Of a stretch of DNA of 64,000 bases, positions 36,596-48,859 are shown in pieces. Positions within the stretch are counted from its first letter, which is position 1. Each line of letters starts with the position of its first letter. The notes below the pieces were generated by a model, which ran no database searches, had not been told where the DNA came from, and was given only the letters and a program-made list of their open reading frames with translations. Origin of the DNA: an uncultured Chloroflexia bacterium (lineage in GTDB: Bacteria; Chloroflexota; Limnocylindria; Limnocylindrales; CSP1-4); the NCBI GenBank assembly GCA_963752475.1, contig CAVVYR010000007.1:288001-352000 (forward strand). Reading direction: 5' to 3'. The translations under genes and the position numbers were made by a program.

Positions 36596-38654
36596 AGACG
36601 CGACAGCGGACTGCGTGGGTCCCTCGAGTGCTGGCCGCCGCGCTGGTCCTGGCCATGATGGCGATACCCCTGTCGTCCGTTCCGGCGGTCGAGGACCGCG
36701 GCGATGACATGGCCGTGGAAGCTGCTGCGGAGATCTGGCAACGCGCCGAGTCGACGGACGGGACCAGACTCGGGTTCAGCGGTCTCACGACCTGGGGCGA
36801 TGGGTTCGCCGCGCTCGGCTGGCCTCAGGGCTCCCGCTGGCGGGGGGAGGCTGTCACGGTGCCGGTGTGGCTGACGGACGACGGGGCCGAATGGCGGGAG
36901 ACCGGGTCCATCACGTTGCCCCGGAAGCGGACACGCGCGAGTCATATCGTCGAGCTCGACGGCAAGCTCTTCGTCATCGGCACCGAGGGTCGACGCTTGG
37001 TCGTCTGGCGATCACCCGACGGCGAGTGGTGGCGTCGCCTGAACGGTCGAGCGTCGTTCGAGGCGAACCCGCCAGGGACCGGCAACCGGTTCTTCATCGA
37101 CATCAGCGACGTGGCCACCGGGCTCGGCCAACTCGTCGTCTCGGGGGACTACTGGACACGTGACCCGGATCCGGCGGTCGAGCCGGTCATCTGGACGTAC
37201 GACGGCGAACGCCGCTGGCGGCGAACCTACCCAACCCTGCCACCACCGGACAACGCGGTCTGGAACCTCGCCGTGCTGCCGCGGTCCTTCATCGGCATCG
37301 TCGACACGAACAGGCCGATCGACTGCCTCTACGGCGACTCGGCCAACCGGCTCCTCGGCTCCGCTGACGGTCGCGAGTGGACGCGGGTCAAGGGCGCCAG
37401 GCCGATGTGCGGCCTGCAGGACATCACCTTCGATGTCCTGAGCGCGCGCTACTACGCGCTCGCCAACGCAGCCGTCGACGACGCCACCGATGTCGTGCTC
37501 GCGAGCGACGACCTGCGCACCTGGGAGGAGGTCTATCGACTGCCCGAGACGTGGGATGGCGAGGGCTGGGCGCCCGGCGCCATGGGTATCGAGAGCGCGG
37601 GCGGCGGCATCGTCGTCGTGGGTGAGGCCGAGTGGGACGACCGCGACGGCGGCACCGTCTGGGTCGCGACTTCGCCCGATGGAGAGGAGTGGGAGCTTCA
37701 CGCCGACTGGATGGCCGAACGGGAGAGGCTCGGAGATCAGGGCATGGGGCGTCGGCGACGAGCGAGTCGTCGTCAGCCTGGAACGGATCGACGTGGTATG
37801 CCGACCTTGACGAACTGGGGATCCGGTCGATCGAGCCACTGGGCAAGCGGGAGCAGAACCGGGCCGACCGAGCCAGCGGCACGATCAACGGCATCCTCGC
37901 CGACGAGCGGCCGGACATCTACATCGGCGGCGCGGTCTCGAGCGCGCCCGGTGGCGCGCCGTCGGTCTACGTCAAGGGTCCCGCTCCGCGGATGCTGCAC
38001 GACCTCATCGCGGACACCGGCTACCCCATCGACATCGTTGACGAGCAGCCGTACGACCGGGCGGAGCTCGAGGAGCGCGCCGAGCGCGTCCATCAGGCAC
38101 TCGTCGACGCGGGCTATCCGAACGTGGCCACCGCGACCGACATCATCGGCGGCGGGGTCATCCCGGTGTGGGTCCAGCAGATGGGCGATCTCCCGGCCGA
38201 TCGCGACGGCATCCTCGCCTTCGTGCCAGAGGACCTGCGAGCCGACGTCGCCCTCGATGTCACCGTGGCCCCGCCCCGCCCATCGGCCGAGCCCGAGGCG
38301 TGGGGTCCGCTCGCGGTCGTCTACCGCCCGCAGGGCTTCGGTCCGGGTGTCGGGCTGGGACCGGTGACGCTGCGGATCAGCGACCGGTGTGTCACCGCGA
38401 AGTCGATCAGGGGCGGGCGGGCGATGACGCTCGTGTGGGAGGGCAACCACGTCGACTGGCGCCCGGGGCAGGAGCGGATCGTCTTCACGGACCGCAAGGG
38501 TCGGACCGCCCGCCTCTCCGACGGCCATCGCATCGAGGGCGGTGGCGTGAGCATCTGGTGGACAGCCGTGAACGAGGACGACTGGCTGCAGGAGCCACAT
38601 CGCTCCTGCCCTGGGCAGCTGTTCTTCCTGACCGAAGTGAACGTGAGGAAGTGA
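36592..38654 (+). CDS. Secreted BNR/Asp-box repeat protein with prodomain-like and small Cys-pair C-terminal domains (two +1 frameshifts, ~37700 and ~37777)
   Basis: Signal peptide; TDDGAEW, SPDGEWW, SADGREW, SDDLRTW, SPDGEEW; coding-like sequence continues through two successive +1 frames; span is 3n+2. Confidence 0.68.
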
Positions 38655-39635
38655 CCGAGATGATGCGATCCATGGCCGCGGCCCTGGCCGTGGCACTGCT
38701 GCTGCCAGGCGGAGTCGCAGGACAGGACGACGAGCCCGAGCGATGCCCTCGGGGTGAGCTGACGAATGCCGACCGCCTCGAGCTGACCCGTCCCTGGGTC
38801 GAGGGCCTCTCATCCTTCTACGCGACCGGCGATGCCTCCGCGCTCGAGGCGCTGAGTACACCCAACGGGCTCGAACGACTCGACGCATTCGATTGGCGCT
38901 TCCGAGCGGTGCGTGACGGTCGCGTTCAATTCGAGGAGTCGGCCGAGATCGTCGAGTTCGACGATTGGCACGAGTGGTGCGTAGATCGCAGGAAGCGCGT
39001 GCAGCTGGATATCGCACCGGTCTACGACATCGCACCCGGTGCACGAACACCCTCGACCTCGAGCGGCAGGGTCGTGGAAGCGGTCGAGGGTGGTCAACGA
39101 CGAACCCTCAGCCTCACGTTCGTTCGGGAGCCCGAGACGCAGGCATGGCTGGTCGATGATGTGTCAGAAGGCCTTCACTGGCCTCGGTATGTCCAGCCGC
39201 GTCCGGCCAAACCCTGTCCGGGACTGAAGAACACGGCACGTGCGGCTGACCCATGGAACCTGGAGCCCTGGTGCACAGCCAACGGCGACGGTCGTAAGGT
39301 CTTCGAGTGGCGAGGCAAGCCCGGTGGCGAACTCGCCATCGGCAAGGTGACATGCTGGGCCGGAGCACACTCGATCATGCTCGGCCTGCCACCCGGGACA
39401 CCGATCGGCTTCGGCAACGTCCGCGAGTACGTCCGGGACCCAACGCGGAACGTCTCCAGACGGAGATCGCTACCGGCGCGACTTCCGCCCGCCCAAGGAC
39501 GCGATCTCGACCGGCATCACCAACGGCCACGGCACGATCTGGACGAGCGAGAAGCTCGGCGACGAATGGCTCATCGTGCAGGTCGGAGACCGTTTCGAAC
39601 GCTGGCCAGCCACGGTCGCCTGCCCAGCGAACTAG
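38651..39635 (+). CDS. Secreted Cys-containing hypothetical protein (one +1 frameshift near 39460); stop codon coincides with the IS630 target
   Basis: GTGA overlap with the previous gene; signal peptide (VAG-Q); +1 frame gives PKDAISTGITNGHGTIWTS...FERWPATVACPAN-TAG. Confidence 0.62.
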
Positions 39636-40806
39636 TGCCTCATGCCGCAATGGCGGGGAGCGAATGATGGACCTCGGCCTTGATGCGCCAGGGCTTGGCT
39701 GGGCGGCAGTTCCGGTTGTGCCAGCGGAGGTAGGCATGGATGGCCGCACCCTGCTCGTCGTGGCTGGCGTGGTCGCTGCCGTTGAGCGCGAAGCGCCGGA
39801 GGGCCTGGAACTGGCACTCGATGAGGTTGAGCCAGCTCGCGTAGGTGGGCAGGTACACGAGTTCGATGTCGTGCGCGTCGGCCCACTCGCGGAGTTCCTT
39901 CTTGAGATGCGGGCTGAAGTTGTCGAGCACCACGATGAGGTGCTCGTCGAAGCGGGCCCGCAGCGAGCGCAGCAGCTCGCGCACCTCGCGCCAGGTCTTG
40001 GTCGCGCGGATGTGGCCGTAGAGCTTGCCGCTCGCGGGATCGTAGGCCGCGAGCAGCTGGCGCACGCCCGCGGTGCGCGTGTAGGTGGCCCGGAGGCGGG
40101 CCGGGTGCTTGCTCGGATGCCAGCCCGCTCCGAGGCGTGGCTGCAGGTTCAAGGGGCCGAACTCGTCGAGGCAGAGCACCCGGCTGCCCGCGGGCGGATG
40201 GGCGTAGAGGTCGAGCACGCGGTTCTTCTTGGCCTCGAAGTCCGGATCGGGCGAGGCCTTCCAGGTCTTGTGGTGCAGGAAGCGGATGCCATGCTCACGC
40301 AGGATGCGCCGGAGCTGGCTCCCGCTGATGGTCGGCACCACTCGCGTCCGGAGCAGGTGGTCGCGCAGCTTGGTCAGACTCCAGTCGGTGAAGGGCTCAC
40401 CGAGGTCTCGGGGACGGGCGAGAGCCACCTTCACGATGGCCGCGCGCTGGGCCTCATCGATCCGGCGTGGTCGGCCCCCGCCCTTCCGAGGGTCCAGGGC
40501 CGCGAAGCCCCGCTCGTCGAAGGCGTGGATGAGTTCGGCCACGTGCGTCGCGCTGGCGCGGTGCAGCCGCGCGATCTCGGGCACGCTCTGGCCCTGGAAC
40601 GAGGCGAAGAGGAGCATCGCCCGGTGCTGCGTGGTCGGGTTCGTACTGCGACGAGCGAGCCTGAGCAGGTGCATCGCCTCCCCATCGCTGAGCTCACGGA
40701 TGAACAACTCGGGCCGGCGGGCCATCTGCACCTCCCTGCGACGACGGGCCGAGGATCGACCCTTGCGACAGTGCGATTACCTACCGGACATTATGAATCG
40801 AGGCAC
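39635..40806 (-). mobile_element. IS630-family insertion sequence
   Basis: CTAG at both ends (39632-39635 and 40806-40809; TA duplication). Imperfect terminal IRs GTGCCTCatgccgcAATG and GTGCCTCgattcatAATG. Single transposase gene. Confidence 0.9.
39640..40725 (-). CDS. IS630-family transposase
   Basis: HTH with GGGRPRRI and WSLTKL; DDE motifs CLDEFGP, VLDNFSPH, LPTYASWLNLIE; GGAGG RBS. Confidence 0.93.
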   Translation of the reverse strand: MARRPELFIRELSDGEAMHLLRLARRSTNPTTQHRAMLLFASFQGQSVPEIARLHRASATHVAELIHAFDERGFAALDPRKGGGRPRRIDEAQRAAIVKVALARPRDLGEPFTDWSLTKLRDHLLRTRVVPTISGSQLRRILREHGIRFLHHKTWKASPDPDFEAKKNRVLDLYAHPPAGSRVLCLDEFGPLNLQPRLGAGWHPSKHPARLRATYTRTAGVRQLLAAYDPASGKLYGHIRATKTWREVRELLRSLRARFDEHLIVVLDNFSPHLKKELREWADAHDIELVYLPTYASWLNLIECQFQALRRFALNGSDHASHDEQGAAIHAYLRWHNRNCRPAKPWRIKAEVHHSLPAIAA

Positions 40807-40876
40807 TAGCCAGCCGGCAGTCGCAGATCGAAGCGCGGCGTACGGCTCCAGCCGATCTGACGGCTCGGAGGCGCGA

Positions 40877-40922
40877 GTGACCCCAAGACCGAAGCGGAGT
40901 CCATGACGGCTCCGCTTTCGTG
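40877..40922 (+). repeat. Right copy of the 46-nt direct repeat (duplicate of the tRNA-Val terminator)
   Basis: GTGACCCCAAGACCGAAGCGGAGTCCATGACGGCTCCGCTTTCGTG versus 24526-24571: 43 identities in 47 aligned columns. Confidence 0.8.
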
Positions 40923-41014
40923 ATTCCTGGTGAGGTTTCCTTCACTTCCCTTGCCCGGAGCTCGCGACATGCGGGAGGCTGTGTGGGCACCACTGGTGCG
41001 ATAGGGGGAACACG

Positions 41015-42211
41015 ATGAGACGAGTGGCGACCGGCATCACGCTCGCGGCACTGGTCGGGGCCATGCTGGCCGGACCGGCGACCGCTGCTGACACGGAGAA
41101 CTGGGTCTTCGATGCCTGCCTCACGGTCGAGGGACAGCAGGATGCCCTGTACGCCTTCGGCGACACCGACGAGGCCGTAGCCGAGGAGGTGATGGCCGGC
41201 AACGCCGACGTCATCGGCGCCGGCGGATCGTGCGGTCGGCAACGCAAGCCGACGGTGGCGGTGCCGGTCGAAGGCCTCGTCGACATCGGCCGGGCGAGAT
41301 GGTCCGAACTGGTCTTTCGCGACGGCGGTCGGAAGCTGGACGTGTACTTCAGCGCCGGCGTGCCCAGTTGCAAGGCGCTCGACCGAGTCGAAGTCACGGT
41401 CGGCGAGGCGGGACTCGACGTCGGCGTATTCGTCGGCTCATACCCGCCCGCAGAGGGTATGGCCTGCCCCGCGGTGCTGCACAGCTGGGTCACGACGGTC
41501 GACCTCACCGACCCCATCGCCTTCGGCAGCAGCAGGGAACGCGATGAGGCCTGGCGCGAGTGGCAGGACGAGGTCCGCGAGATCAAGCTGGCCGCCATCC
41601 ACCAGTTGGCTGACGTGATGCCGGGCACCATCCGATTCGTCACCGACGAGCTGGGCCGAGAGGACTTCCGCTTCACCTCAGAAGGCCGGGCATATGCCCT
41701 GCAGTACTTCGACGACCCCGAGACCACGCGGGACACCCTCGTGAACTACCTCCTCGAGCGCGAGGGGCTGAAGCCACGGTATCCGGCCACGCCCGGTCAG
41801 GAGCCGTTTTCAGAGGAATGGCTCGAGCTCGGCCAGGTCACGGTCGAGGATGGGGGTGACTCGTGGGTCGCGGACTGCGACTTCGTGAAGGAGGACAAGT
41901 GCCGCGGCGCGGCGGAGACCTTCGTGGACAACCTCTCGAGATCGAATCGGGCCGTGCGGGAGTCGAGTGGGGGCGAGATCTCGATCGAGCGTCGCTCTGC
42001 CTGTCCGAAGATGCCCAGGGGCTTCATCCGCTCAGCTTGCTGGCAGGCGACCGCGGAGGGGCCGGATGGTCCGGTCTGCATGGTCCTGGCCAAGATGTCG
42101 AAGGGCTTCATCGAGAAGAGCGGGTCGGAGCTCGGCTTCGGCCAGGTCGGCGGAGATCTTCTGGCTGGTCTGGCCGGCGATCCGCCCAAGGGCTGGCCGA
42201 CCTGCGAGTGA
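41015..42211 (+). CDS. Secreted Cys-rich multidomain hypothetical protein
   Basis: Signal peptide (ATA-A); several Cys pairs; GVPSC..LDRVEV...ACPAV...VDLTDPI module. Confidence 0.7.
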   Translation: MRRVATGITLAALVGAMLAGPATAADTENWVFDACLTVEGQQDALYAFGDTDEAVAEEVMAGNADVIGAGGSCGRQRKPTVAVPVEGLVDIGRARWSELVFRDGGRKLDVYFSAGVPSCKALDRVEVTVGEAGLDVGVFVGSYPPAEGMACPAVLHSWVTTVDLTDPIAFGSSRERDEAWREWQDEVREIKLAAIHQLADVMPGTIRFVTDELGREDFRFTSEGRAYALQYFDDPETTRDTLVNYLLEREGLKPRYPATPGQEPFSEEWLELGQVTVEDGGDSWVADCDFVKEDKCRGAAETFVDNLSRSNRAVRESSGGEISIERRSACPKMPRGFIRSACWQATAEGPDGPVCMVLAKMSKGFIEKSGSELGFGQVGGDLLAGLAGDPPKGWPTCE

Positions 42212-42214
42212 CCC

Positions 42215-43214
42215 TCAGCTCGCGTCCGAGCGTGCCCAGAAGTTCCTGACCATGTCGGCGAGACGACGCTTCGTGTCCTCGTCGGCGAAGGAGGCGGCGA
42301 TGGCGTAGCGGGTGTGGCGCTCGACGTCGAGTTCGATGAGCGCTGCCACCTGGCGCAGGTCGCCGGCGACCGAACACCCGAAGTACGTCGGGTCGTCGCT
42401 GTTGATGGTCACGCGGGCGCCACGCTCGATGAGCTCGACCACCGGATGCTCGGCCCACGATGAGACCACGCCGGTGCGGATATTGGAGGTGGGGCAGACC
42501 TCCAGCGGTACCTGCTCGGCCACGAGGTGCTCCACCAGCTTCGGATCCTCCACCGCGCGCACGCCATGGCCGATGCGATCGACGCCCAGCTCACGCAACG
42601 CCGTCCACACGTTCTCAGGGCCGCCGGCCTCGCCGGCATGCACGGTTCGCCCCAGGCCAGCCTCGCCTGCACGGCGGTAGACCTCGGCATACGGCCCGGG
42701 TGGGAAGTCGTGCTCGGAGCCGCCGATGGTGATGCCCACGATGCCCGCCTCATCGGCGACCTCGATGATCTCTTCGAGCGTCCGCGCGCACCAGGCGGGC
42801 CCGGTGTCACGCACAAGGTCCACCAGCAGGTTCACCTGCGTGCCCTCGACGCGATCGAGCCCGCGCCGGACGGCCACGGCGATCTCAGCCACCGGCAGCT
42901 CGTGCTGGCGGAAGTCGGTGGGCGAGATCGAGGCCTCGGCATAGACGATGTGCTGCGCGGCCAGCGAGCGCGCGACCGCCTCGGCGACCGCGGTCCAGTC
43001 GTCGGCCGTCCTGATGAACGGCAGCATCCACTGCCAGGTCTCGATGAAGTGGGGGAAGTCGCGGTACTCGAAGCGCGACGTCATGGCTTCGAGCGTGGGT
43101 GTCTCGGGATCGCCGTACGCCTGCACCAGCTCGCCACAGCGCCTCGGGCGGGATCGCGCCCTCGAGATGGAGGTGGAGCTCGACCTTGGGTGCGAGATCC
43201 AGGTCATCGGGCAT
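42215..43214 (-). CDS. add: Adenosine/adenine deaminase (one +1 frameshift near 43133)
   Basis: PKVELHLHLEG in one frame; TVHAGE, RIGHG, EVCPTSN, INSDDP in the next; span is 3n+1. Confidence 0.88.
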
Positions 43215-43269
43215 GAACCGAGGGTAGCGAATACACCGGACGAGTGGCATCGGCGGTACGCTGTCTGGC

Positions 43270-44100
43270 GTGTCCGTGACCATCACCACGCGTGGCCTGC
43301 TCGCCATCGCCCTCACCTGCGCCCTCGCGCTGGCTCCTGGTGCCAGCCTGGCCCAGGACGAGACCCCCGGGCCGTCGCCCTCGGCCGAGCCGATCACGAG
43401 TCCGGCGGGCGATTGGGTGGTGACGGCGTTCGACGCCTGGGAGCAGGGGCTGGCCGAGCCATTGCCCGGCAGCACACTGCGCCTCAGCCTGCTCGACGAC
43501 GGGACGCTCGACGGCGAGACCGCTTGCGGCCGCTTCACGGGTGGCTGGTCGGCCGAAGGCGCTGAGCTGTTCATGGGCGTCGCCCCCACCGGCAACCTCG
43601 GCTGTGCCCAGGAGCCGACCGCCGAGGCCATCGGGCTGTCGACCGCGCTGGCTGCCGTCGCGACCTGGGAGGCGATCGACGACGCGATCGAGCTCCGCGA
43701 TGCGTTCGGGGCCACCCGCGTGGTGCTCGGGACCGACAGCGCTGGCGATCCGATCGGGGAGTGGGACATCGTCCGCTTCCAGCGACCGAACGGCGAGATG
43801 CGCGAACCGCGCGCCGATGGCCCCATGACCGTGACGCTCGGCGACGACGTCATCGGCGGCGACACCGGCTGCCGGCCGCTCGTAGGGGCCTATGCCCTCG
43901 ATGGCGCCGGAATCACGCTGGGCCCGCTCGAGGCCGACGGGGAGGCGTGCGACGGTCCTCTTGCCAGGGCGGAGCGTCAACTGCTACGGGCGCTTGGCGA
44001 GGTCGTGTACTGGCGACAAACGGGCGCTGCGCTGACGCTCCTTGACGGCTTCGATGAGCCGCTCGTGGACCTCATCCGCGTGCCCGAAGCGGAGGAGTGA
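43270..44100 (+). CDS. Secreted META-domain (HslJ-like) protein, two META domains
   Basis: Signal peptide; GETACGRFTGGW and GDTGCRPLVGAY, each followed by C...E...L.AL. Confidence 0.75.
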   Translation: MSVTITTRGLLAIALTCALALAPGASLAQDETPGPSPSAEPITSPAGDWVVTAFDAWEQGLAEPLPGSTLRLSLLDDGTLDGETACGRFTGGWSAEGAELFMGVAPTGNLGCAQEPTAEAIGLSTALAAVATWEAIDDAIELRDAFGATRVVLGTDSAGDPIGEWDIVRFQRPNGEMREPRADGPMTVTLGDDVIGGDTGCRPLVGAYALDGAGITLGPLEADGEACDGPLARAERQLLRALGEVVYWRQTGAALTLLDGFDEPLVDLIRVPEAEE

Positions 44101-45326
44101 CCCGGCAGAAGCGGACCGTCGGCTCGGGCGTCGTCTTCAACATCGCCATCATCGTCCTCGGCATCGCCGGCATCATCATTCTGCTCATCGGTCGGACGTT
44201 CCTGGGGGAGGAGGAAGCCGCAGGCCCCATCGACCTGTCGGTCGAGCTCACGGCCGTGGCCTCTGGGCTCGAGTCGCCGGTCTTCCTGACCGGCGCCGGC
44301 GATGGCTCGGGCGTGCGCTATGTCGTCGAGCAGCGTGGCACCATCCGCACCCTGGCCGACGACGGGGGCATCGAAGCCGACCCGTTCCTCGACATCCGCG
44401 ACCGCGTGCTCCACCACCACGAGCGCGGTCTGCTGGGGCTGGCCTTCCATCCCCGGTTCGAGGAGAACGGCAGCTTCTACGTGCTCTACTCACAGAAGGA
44501 CGCCGACGGCGCGACGTCGATCAGCGAGTTCACCGTCACCGAGGACACCCTCGTCGAGTCGACCGAGCGGTCGCTGCTGACGATCCCCTCGTTCAGCACG
44601 ATGCACAAGGGCGGCATGCTGGCCTTCGATACCGAGGGCATGCTCCTCGCGGGTATCGGCGATGGCAGCACCGGCAACGACACCGAGGGCAACGGCCAGG
44701 ACCGCGCCTCGCTGCTCTCGACGCTGCTACGCCTCGACGTCGATCGTGGCTTCCCGTATGCCGTCCCGCCGGACAACGGCTTCGCCGGCGACCGTGAGGC
44801 GCGCGGCGAGATCCACGCCATCGGCCTGCGCAACCCGTGGCGCTTCAGCGTCGACAGCGAGACCGGCCACGTCTACATCGGCGACGTCGGGCAGAGCGAG
44901 TGGGAGGAGATCGACGTGCTCGCTCCCGACACGCGTGGCCCCTCGTTCGGTTGGTCGGTGATGGAAGGCGATGACTGCTTCTTCGGTCGCGACTGCGACC
45001 CGGCCGACCACATCGCGCCGGCCATCGCCTATCCACACGTGGATGGCGACGTGGGCCACTGCAGCGTCATCGGCGGCTACAGCTACCGTGGGGCGGCTGG
45101 CACGCTGCCGGAGGACACGTACCTCTACACCGACTACTGCAGCGGCACGATCTGGGGCGTGGACGGAGCGCAGCTGCGAAACGGACGACCGGAGCCAGCC
45201 GTAGTCGGACAGGTACCGGCCAAGCTGGGTCAGCCCCAATCATTCGGGATCGACGACGACGGCGAGCTCTACCTGCTCACCAACGCCGGCTATGTCGTGG
45301 GCATCACCGAGGCCGGCCCTGGCTGA
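44097..45326 (+). CDS. PQQ-dependent sugar (aldose) dehydrogenase, GSDH family
   Basis: VVEQRG, ERGLLGLAFHPRF, HKGGMLAF, GDG, GLRNPWRFSVD, GDVGQSEWEEID, SFGIDDDGELY. Confidence 0.88.
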   Translation: MTRQKRTVGSGVVFNIAIIVLGIAGIIILLIGRTFLGEEEAAGPIDLSVELTAVASGLESPVFLTGAGDGSGVRYVVEQRGTIRTLADDGGIEADPFLDIRDRVLHHHERGLLGLAFHPRFEENGSFYVLYSQKDADGATSISEFTVTEDTLVESTERSLLTIPSFSTMHKGGMLAFDTEGMLLAGIGDGSTGNDTEGNGQDRASLLSTLLRLDVDRGFPYAVPPDNGFAGDREARGEIHAIGLRNPWRFSVDSETGHVYIGDVGQSEWEEIDVLAPDTRGPSFGWSVMEGDDCFFGRDCDPADHIAPAIAYPHVDGDVGHCSVIGGYSYRGAAGTLPEDTYLYTDYCSGTIWGVDGAQLRNGRPEPAVVGQVPAKLGQPQSFGIDDDGELYLLTNAGYVVGITEAGPG

Positions 45327-45381
45327 TCGCGGCTCCGTCGCCGGGTGTCGCCCACGCCGATGCTATCGGCGGCCAGCCGGC

Positions 45382-45451
45382 GGCCAGGCGATGCAGCACC
45401 GTCGGCAGGATGCCGCCGTTGCGGTAGTAGTCGACCTCGATGCCGCCGTCG
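45382..45451 (-). repeat. 70-bp copy of the acnA 3' end
   Basis: 68/70 identical to 46064-46133; encodes DGGIEVDYYRNGGILPTVLHRLA on the minus strand. Confidence 0.92.
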
Positions 45452-45502
45452 GTCCGGGTGTCGCCCCTGTCGCTCCCGGGGTGTCGCCTCCGCCGGGCGC
45501 GT

Positions 45503-45702
45503 CCACCGACGTTATCAGCGCTCCAGGCCGCCTGCTGTAGCCCTGTCGCCCCCACCGACGTTATCGGCGCTCCAGGCCGCCTGCTGTAGCCCGCGTCGCC
45601 CCCACCGACGTTATCAGCGCTCCAGGCCGCCTGCTGTAGCCCCCGTCGCCCCCACCGACGTTATCGGCGCTCGAGGCCGCCTGATGTGGACATCCGTCGC
45701 CC
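45503..45702. repeat. Tandem repeat, 4 x 49-50 bp
   Basis: Unit CCACCGACGTTATC(A/G)GCGCTCCAGGCCGCCTGCTGTAGCCC..GTCGCCC starting at 45503, 45552, 45602 and 45652 (last copy degenerate). Confidence 0.92.
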
Positions 45703-45905
45703 GGGTCGACGGTAGGCCCACAGATGGTCCGCCATGCCGAGGGTTCGTGACACTGAGTGTCGGCGGATATGCCCGGACACGCTCGTCGCCGCGCGGAGCG
45801 CGCTCGGGTGCGATCGTTCGAGCGACTACGACCAGGACTATGGTCGACCCAGGCGACACGTGACTACATCGGCAGCCAGACGGCACTCGGATATGCCCTT
45901 GATGA

Positions 45906-46054
45906 CTAGCCGGCGGCCAGGCGGGCGTGAGTGCCGCTATCCGGCGGCCACGCGGTGCGCGCCCCTAGCCGGCGGCCAGGCGGGCGTGAGCGCCGCTAGC
46001 CGGCAGCCAGGCGGGCGTGAGTGCCGCTAGCCGACAGCCAGGCGGTGCGCGCCG

Positions 46055-46073
<19 letters not shown>
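45906..46073. repeat. Tandem repeat of 28/31-bp units resembling the acnA stop region
   Basis: Units beginning CTA(G/T)CCG at 45906, 45937, 45965, 45996 and 46027, plus the acnA stop itself at 46055. Confidence 0.88.
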
Positions 46074-48730
<2,657 letters not shown>

Positions 48731-48859
48731 GAGGCGGTCTCCGATAGGGCGCGGCGGGCGCGCTCGTGATGTCGGCACCTGACGGGAGTGCCCGCCTCGG
48801 GTCGTTCGAGTTGCGGACCCAAGTATACGTGCGACGCCTGGGGCCGATACGCTTGGACC

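Noticed and set aside
27919-39635. Integron cassette array
   Set aside because: No integron integrase and no recurring attC-like palindromes; many genes overlap directly.
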